Assembly (NCBI RefSeq): GCF_009914755.1
Contig: NC_060926.1
Strand: one strand, 5' to 3'
Length of the DNA stretch: 64,000 nucleotides
Origin: the human T2T-CHM13v2.0 reference genome, Homo sapiens
Part shown: in pieces, positions 58,911 through 64,000 of the stretch
Layout: every line of letters begins with the position of its first letter
Position numbering within the stretch: the first letter of the stretch is position 1
Made by a program: the position numbers and the translations under genes
Notes under the pieces: generated by a model
Told to the model about the DNA's origin: nothing
Database searches by the model: none
What the model saw: the letters and a program-made list of their open reading frames with translations, nothing else

Positions 58911-60816
58911 AACTATAAGCAAATATAAACACACATACAGGTAATTGAAATTTGAGGATTTAATTTCACATACAAACCTATATTGCACAATGTTTAAATC
59001 ATAAAAAAATTAGTGAAGTAGAAAGTAGACATATAATAGAAAATATTAACAAAGCCCAAAGGTAGATGCTTGAAATAATAATTAAATTTTGAAAGAGTAA
59101 GACTAACCAAGAAAAAAAAAGCTGAGGAACACTACTCTAGTAAATGTCATGGCATACACCTATTTGTTCATCTAAAATCTGCAGATGTCATAATGATCCT
59201 CTCTCATTCTCTATATCCAATGAATTATAAGAGCTATTAATAGAGTATCAAAACATAAGACTCAGAGTTTGGTATTGAATAAGATCAGGATATGGCATTC
59301 CAAACAGTTTGGCATAAGAATTATTTTTAGCAAAAGGCATGTAAATTCCTAAAATTCCTTATTTTATAAAAGCAGAGTCTCCCAAAAGAACTCAATTGTC
59401 ATGAACACCCTCCCCAGGAGTGACTCTCATCTTCTCAGAGGAGTCTGCATCACACTCTAACATAGTCACTGGACTCCCATATTTCCCATCTATTCTCCTA
59501 GGAAAATATTTATTTTATCAAAAAGTCATTTGTTTTTCCATAAGTGCCCTTTCTCTTCCCGCCTTTTCTCAGCAAAGTGTCTGGCCTGAGGACTTAGGAT
59601 TCTAGAGAGAAAAAGTTTTTCCTTCCCTAAAGTTTTAAGAAATTAAAAGTTTGTATATAATTCTGAATACATATCACAGCAAAACTCACAATTTTCAAAA
59701 ATCTTCTACATACATTATCTCATCCTCAAAGCTATGGAAAAAGTAGAGAATAATATTAATTATATTATATATATTATAGTACACTATACAAAGCTATTTG
59801 ACATATCATTTGTGATTTTTTCAACATTATAAAGAAGATACAATTTGACAAGAATACTTAACATTTTAATAAAAATATTTCTTTGCCAATAACCAGTCTT
59901 TTAATATACTGATATTATCTCATTGATTTTGAATGTATTAATTGAAATGCATTTCTTTCTAAATAACTTCTTGATAAAATAAGCCATATTTTCTTCTTTT
60001 TGTTACAAATCTGATGTTTTCTTTATAAATAGTTGTCCAAATGAATTTCACAGAGTTGCCTATGCTCTTGAATGTTCAGTTTCCTTTTTCAAATGAAAGC
60101 ATAAAAAAGAAAAATATATTATTATTTGTATTTGCATATATTTCATTGTAATTTATTTTGGCAACTATAGGAAGTAACTGGCATATGAATAAAAGAGTAA
60201 TATATATGCATATAAAGAGAGAGGAAGAAGGAAAGAGACCCCACTGTAGTATCCTTACTATCTCAATATTCCTTATGGCACTTGTTTTTGAACATACCTC
60301 TTGTAAATAAAATATAACATTTTAATTAATAGATTAGACTTTCATGGATTAAAAGACTTGACATATAATTTTCCTTTTATCTGCTTGGAACAGGCTTGAC
60401 AAATGATGAATAGTGCTCAGTCTCTATAATTAACTGTCTCTACAACTATCCATATGGACAAGGAATTCTTAAGTTACCCTTCTTGGTTAAATAAATAAAA
60501 TGTTAGGAATACTAAAAAATGACATTGATCTGTCATGATTTATTCTAGATTATTAATAACTTTACCTTTCTGGTTCTTTTCATGGTAGATCATGAATTTC
60601 ATTAATATTGGATTTCAAGGAAAGTAAAAATTTGAGTTGTATTCTGTCTTTTTATTGGGAAGGCTTTTAATCTAGTGCCTCTCTCTTTCTCTCCCTCCCT
60701 TTCCTCCTCTCCTTCTCTCTCCTTCACTTCAAGATACTCAACATCTTTATTTTGCACCCTTATATCATATTCTCATAAACTTTTTGCAAAGTTTCAAAAT
60801 GTACGATTTTTCTATT

Positions 60817-60875
60817 CAAGATTTAGTTGGCTATGACTTCTATTTCTCTCATCATCAGCATACACATTTTTATTT
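60817..60875 (+). repeat. Dispersed 59-bp direct repeat, copy 1
   Basis: Matches 63215-63273 at 58/59 positions. Confidence 0.95.
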
Positions 60876-61639
60876 TGATTGATAGTGACTGCTAGTCAGT
60901 CCTCCAGGAGGACTGTACCTCCCAAAGGTAAACCTGTCAGCTCAGATTTCTGCTTGATAATGTCTGATTAGGCTGAAAGTTTTGCCCAGTTTTTTTTCTT
61001 TCTATTTGATTTCTCATCTTTTTGTTTTAAATTTCTATCTTACTGGCTATTAGAGGCATGTTAAAAGCCATGCCACTAAGGCCTGTAGTAACATATGCTA
61101 CTGAATGGCAAAGCAGAGGACAGAGATTTGTGGTTTTCTTTAATTTTCTGCCAACAGCTGACATGTTTGATGGGGGAAATGCTTATGGTTTTATTTTGCC
61201 ATTATTCTGAATCTGCTGTGAAACGAATTCTGCTGTGAATATATTCAATGCAATAACACATTTCTGCTACATTTACACATACATAGATTGAGCTTGGATA
61301 AAAATGTATACAGATTTTGTTTTATTTAAATTACTTTTTAACCTATACAATATCCATTTTGTCAGACCAAATAATAATACATACTCCATATTGGCCATAC
61401 CTGTTAACTCAATGAACGGAACACTAATAGTTGATTTTCCTTTTCTGTGAATAATGTTCTTATAGTTTTACGCAATTTTTCAACAAGTATTTAACATTTC
61501 TACTACGCTCAATTAAAAACAGAAGATACATGCCCACATAGACATTTTATTAGTTGAAAGTAATAATGAGCAACACAAAATAAAGTTGAGAAGGAAATTG
61601 TGTGACATATTAGATACCGATTGTAATAATAAAAAGAAT

Positions 61640-61878
61640 GATAATATAGTTAACATCTGTCGCTTACTACTTGCCTGGTACTGTACTAGGCATTTTTATG
61701 TATTATGTCTTTTAATGTTCGCGATAACATTATGGAGAAAGTGTTATTGCTTCTATTTTATAATGAAGAAATTGGTATGCAAAGAGTTACATGAATTCTT
61801 CCAAGTTACATGCCAGAAGTGGCAACACTGCAGTTTGAATTTGTCTCCAGCAATGGACTCCAGAGCTCAAGTGCCTAA
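61640..61878 (-). mobile_element. Near full-length MIR
   Basis: ttactacttgcctggtactgtactaggc...atgaagaaattgg...agtggcaacactgcagtttgaa...gactccagagctc. Confidence 0.85.
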
Positions 61879-63214
61879 GAATGAAAGAGAACATTACATC
61901 AAACCACAACAATATACAAATAATTTGTGTATGACACAAGTATGAAATGTAACTGTGTGTGTGTTGGGTGGGAAAAGAGAGGTCAGAGGCAACAATCATT
62001 TATTGATCTCCTGTTATGATACAAATATTATATTCACATTTTAAAGCATAATTAGCTCACATTATTCCTGGATTTTTATTGATTTGAATCAACAAAATGT
62101 ACATGAAAGTTTTCCTGGCAGGCAAACTAGCCCAATTAAAAATAATCACTTTTTAGAGGAAATTAATGACATTAATTTTTTAAATTTATACAGTAGTAGT
62201 GTATATAAGTACAAAAAGTTACGCTGAATATAATTTCAAACGCTGCAAAATTTTTTTTGTTGTTACTCGTAACAGCGTCTAAATGTGTGCCATAGTTGCA
62301 TTGTTCTCATGTTGTTCATGACTTTACACTTCATAGGTGAATACACTGGGATTTTCTTAAATTTTCCTCTTTTAAAATGTTTATCGTGGTATCATGACTT
62401 GCGGACTGTAGCCTTGTTTTCAACTCCCTGTCAAAAGAAAAAAAAATCTAATTTAATCTCAAAGTAAATATACTATACAGGTTAATTTGAAAGCTCATTC
62501 AAATGTGGTGTCCTCTAAGTCCACTAAAAATATAAAATTATTTATTTTCTATTTTTATAAAGGTAATAATGAATTTATTTTCAGTGCCTTGAAACTTTTC
62601 TTGAGACTTGTCTAAAAAGAATGTTAGACTCTTACGCTTCATAGAATTTGTAATGAATTTAGGTATATTTCACAATTGTTAAACGGCAAATGATTGAAGA
62701 CTATTAAATGCCCTCAAATTTAAAAGAATAAAGGCATATTATATTTTGTGTTTCATAAAAATTAAACCATTGGTAATTGTTGGTTCAATTTTGAAATGTT
62801 AATCCAAGAGTCATACTAGGCTCTGATATGTTGATAGTTTGAGTTCTAGGCACAACAGAAAGCATATGACATGTATTTCCCTTTTAATAGTTTGTGTCTC
62901 CACAAGCTATTTCCCCCATTAAAACGTACTTTTTTCTAAATCATTTAATTGTAGAAGACATAACATAGCTAACCTATACATGAAGCTGTGATGATATTTA
63001 ATGAAATAAGAGACCTGCTTATCCTATGATGATATATTAATGCAATAAGAGATCTGCTACATATCTGCTTCTCAGGCTGCTTCTCAGGCTGTATTTTATT
63101 ATTTATTTTAAAACGCCATATTTTCTTCATTATGAAAGTGATGCATGTTCATAATAAAATACTTATGAAGCACAGAATAACTATAAGAAAAATGTAAATG
63201 ATGTATAATTCAAC

Positions 63215-63273
63215 CAAGATTTAGTTGGCTATGACTTCTATTTCTCTCATCATCAGCATTCACATTTTTATTT
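63215..63273 (+). repeat. Dispersed 59-bp direct repeat, copy 2
   Basis: Matches 60817-60875. Confidence 0.95.
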
Positions 63274-63708
63274 ATTTGTTATGATAAACTCAGTTGGAGT
63301 TAACAATTGAATAATTTGTATATACCTATATAAGGCATATTTTATTCAGAATATCTCCATGGCATGGTATATACTCCTATAAGGCATTGTTTGGATTGGC
63401 ATGTTTCCATTTAATATTATTCAATGTTATAATTTTACCATTTGCATAATATTAAATTATATGTCTATTAAAAATTTTACACAGCTAGTAACATGAGATC
63501 ACTTCCATTTTAATGTGGCTAATGTTGGATTTAATATAATCAATTACAGTGATGTTTGTAAATTTCTCAGGAATTAGTGCCTTATGAATTAGCATATATG
63601 TTGAATTTCCCAAGAAGTAGAATTTCAAGACTGAATAATCTATATATTTATTTTTATATAAGATTCTACAGTGTATTCTGATATTTACGATTGAGAACAT
63701 TACATAAA

Positions 63709-63895
63709 CTCAGCCTTCTGAGTAGCTGGGTTTACAGGTGCCTGCCACCACACCCAGATAATATTTTGTATTTTTAGTAGAGTCAGGGTTTCACCATGTT
63801 GGCCATGCTCGTCTTGCACTCCTGACCTCAGGTGATCAGCCAGCCTCAGCTTCCCAAAGTGCTGGGATTAAAGGCCTGAGCCACTGTGCTTGGCC
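63709..63895 (-). mobile_element. AluSx-type lacking its 3' ~100 bp and poly-A
   Basis: Begins mid right arm (ctcagccttctgagtagctggg) and ends gagccactgtgcttggcc. Confidence 0.9.
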
Positions 63896-64000
63896 TTCTT
63901 GTTTTATTTTTATTGGTTACTTTCTTCTGTGAATTCCCTATGCATTTTTGTTGCCTATTTTTTCAATTAAGTGTTGTTATTATTTATTGACCTTGAAAAT

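Larger units (their letters stand above)
63095..63990 (-). mobile_element. Fragmentary old L1M (L1MC/ME-like) sequence around later insertions
   Basis: ttatgaaagtgatgcatgttcat...aagaaaaatgtaaat; ttcttctgtgaattccctatgcatttttgttgcctattttttc. Confidence 0.5.

Overview
AT-rich, CpG-poor primate genomic DNA, almost certainly human because it carries an AluYa5 with all its diagnostic positions. It looks like a large intron or gene desert. I recognise no host protein-coding exon, tRNA, rRNA or CRISPR array. The long ORFs in the track come from retrotransposons, Tigger1 or a 30-bp tandem repeat. Interpretable content: L1 fragments of several ages, 10 Alus, MaLR and ERV1 LTRs, Tigger/MER DNA transposons, MIR/L2, and a decayed RTE-clade LINE. 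I found no new multi-gene biological system. Best leads: (i) a 143-nt minus-strand exon candidate at 55963-56105 with strong splice signals, bracketed by a diverged direct repeat; (ii) a 3'-truncated L1PA 5' end with an open, extended ORF0; (iii) a near-perfect 18-copy VNTR with a hairpin in each unit; (iv) a twin-primed L1PA; (v) locally templated duplications, including two dispersed copies 2.1-2.4 kb apart and an inverted self-copy inside a TA tract. Subfamily names come from remembered consensus sequences, and boundaries of old elements are approximate.
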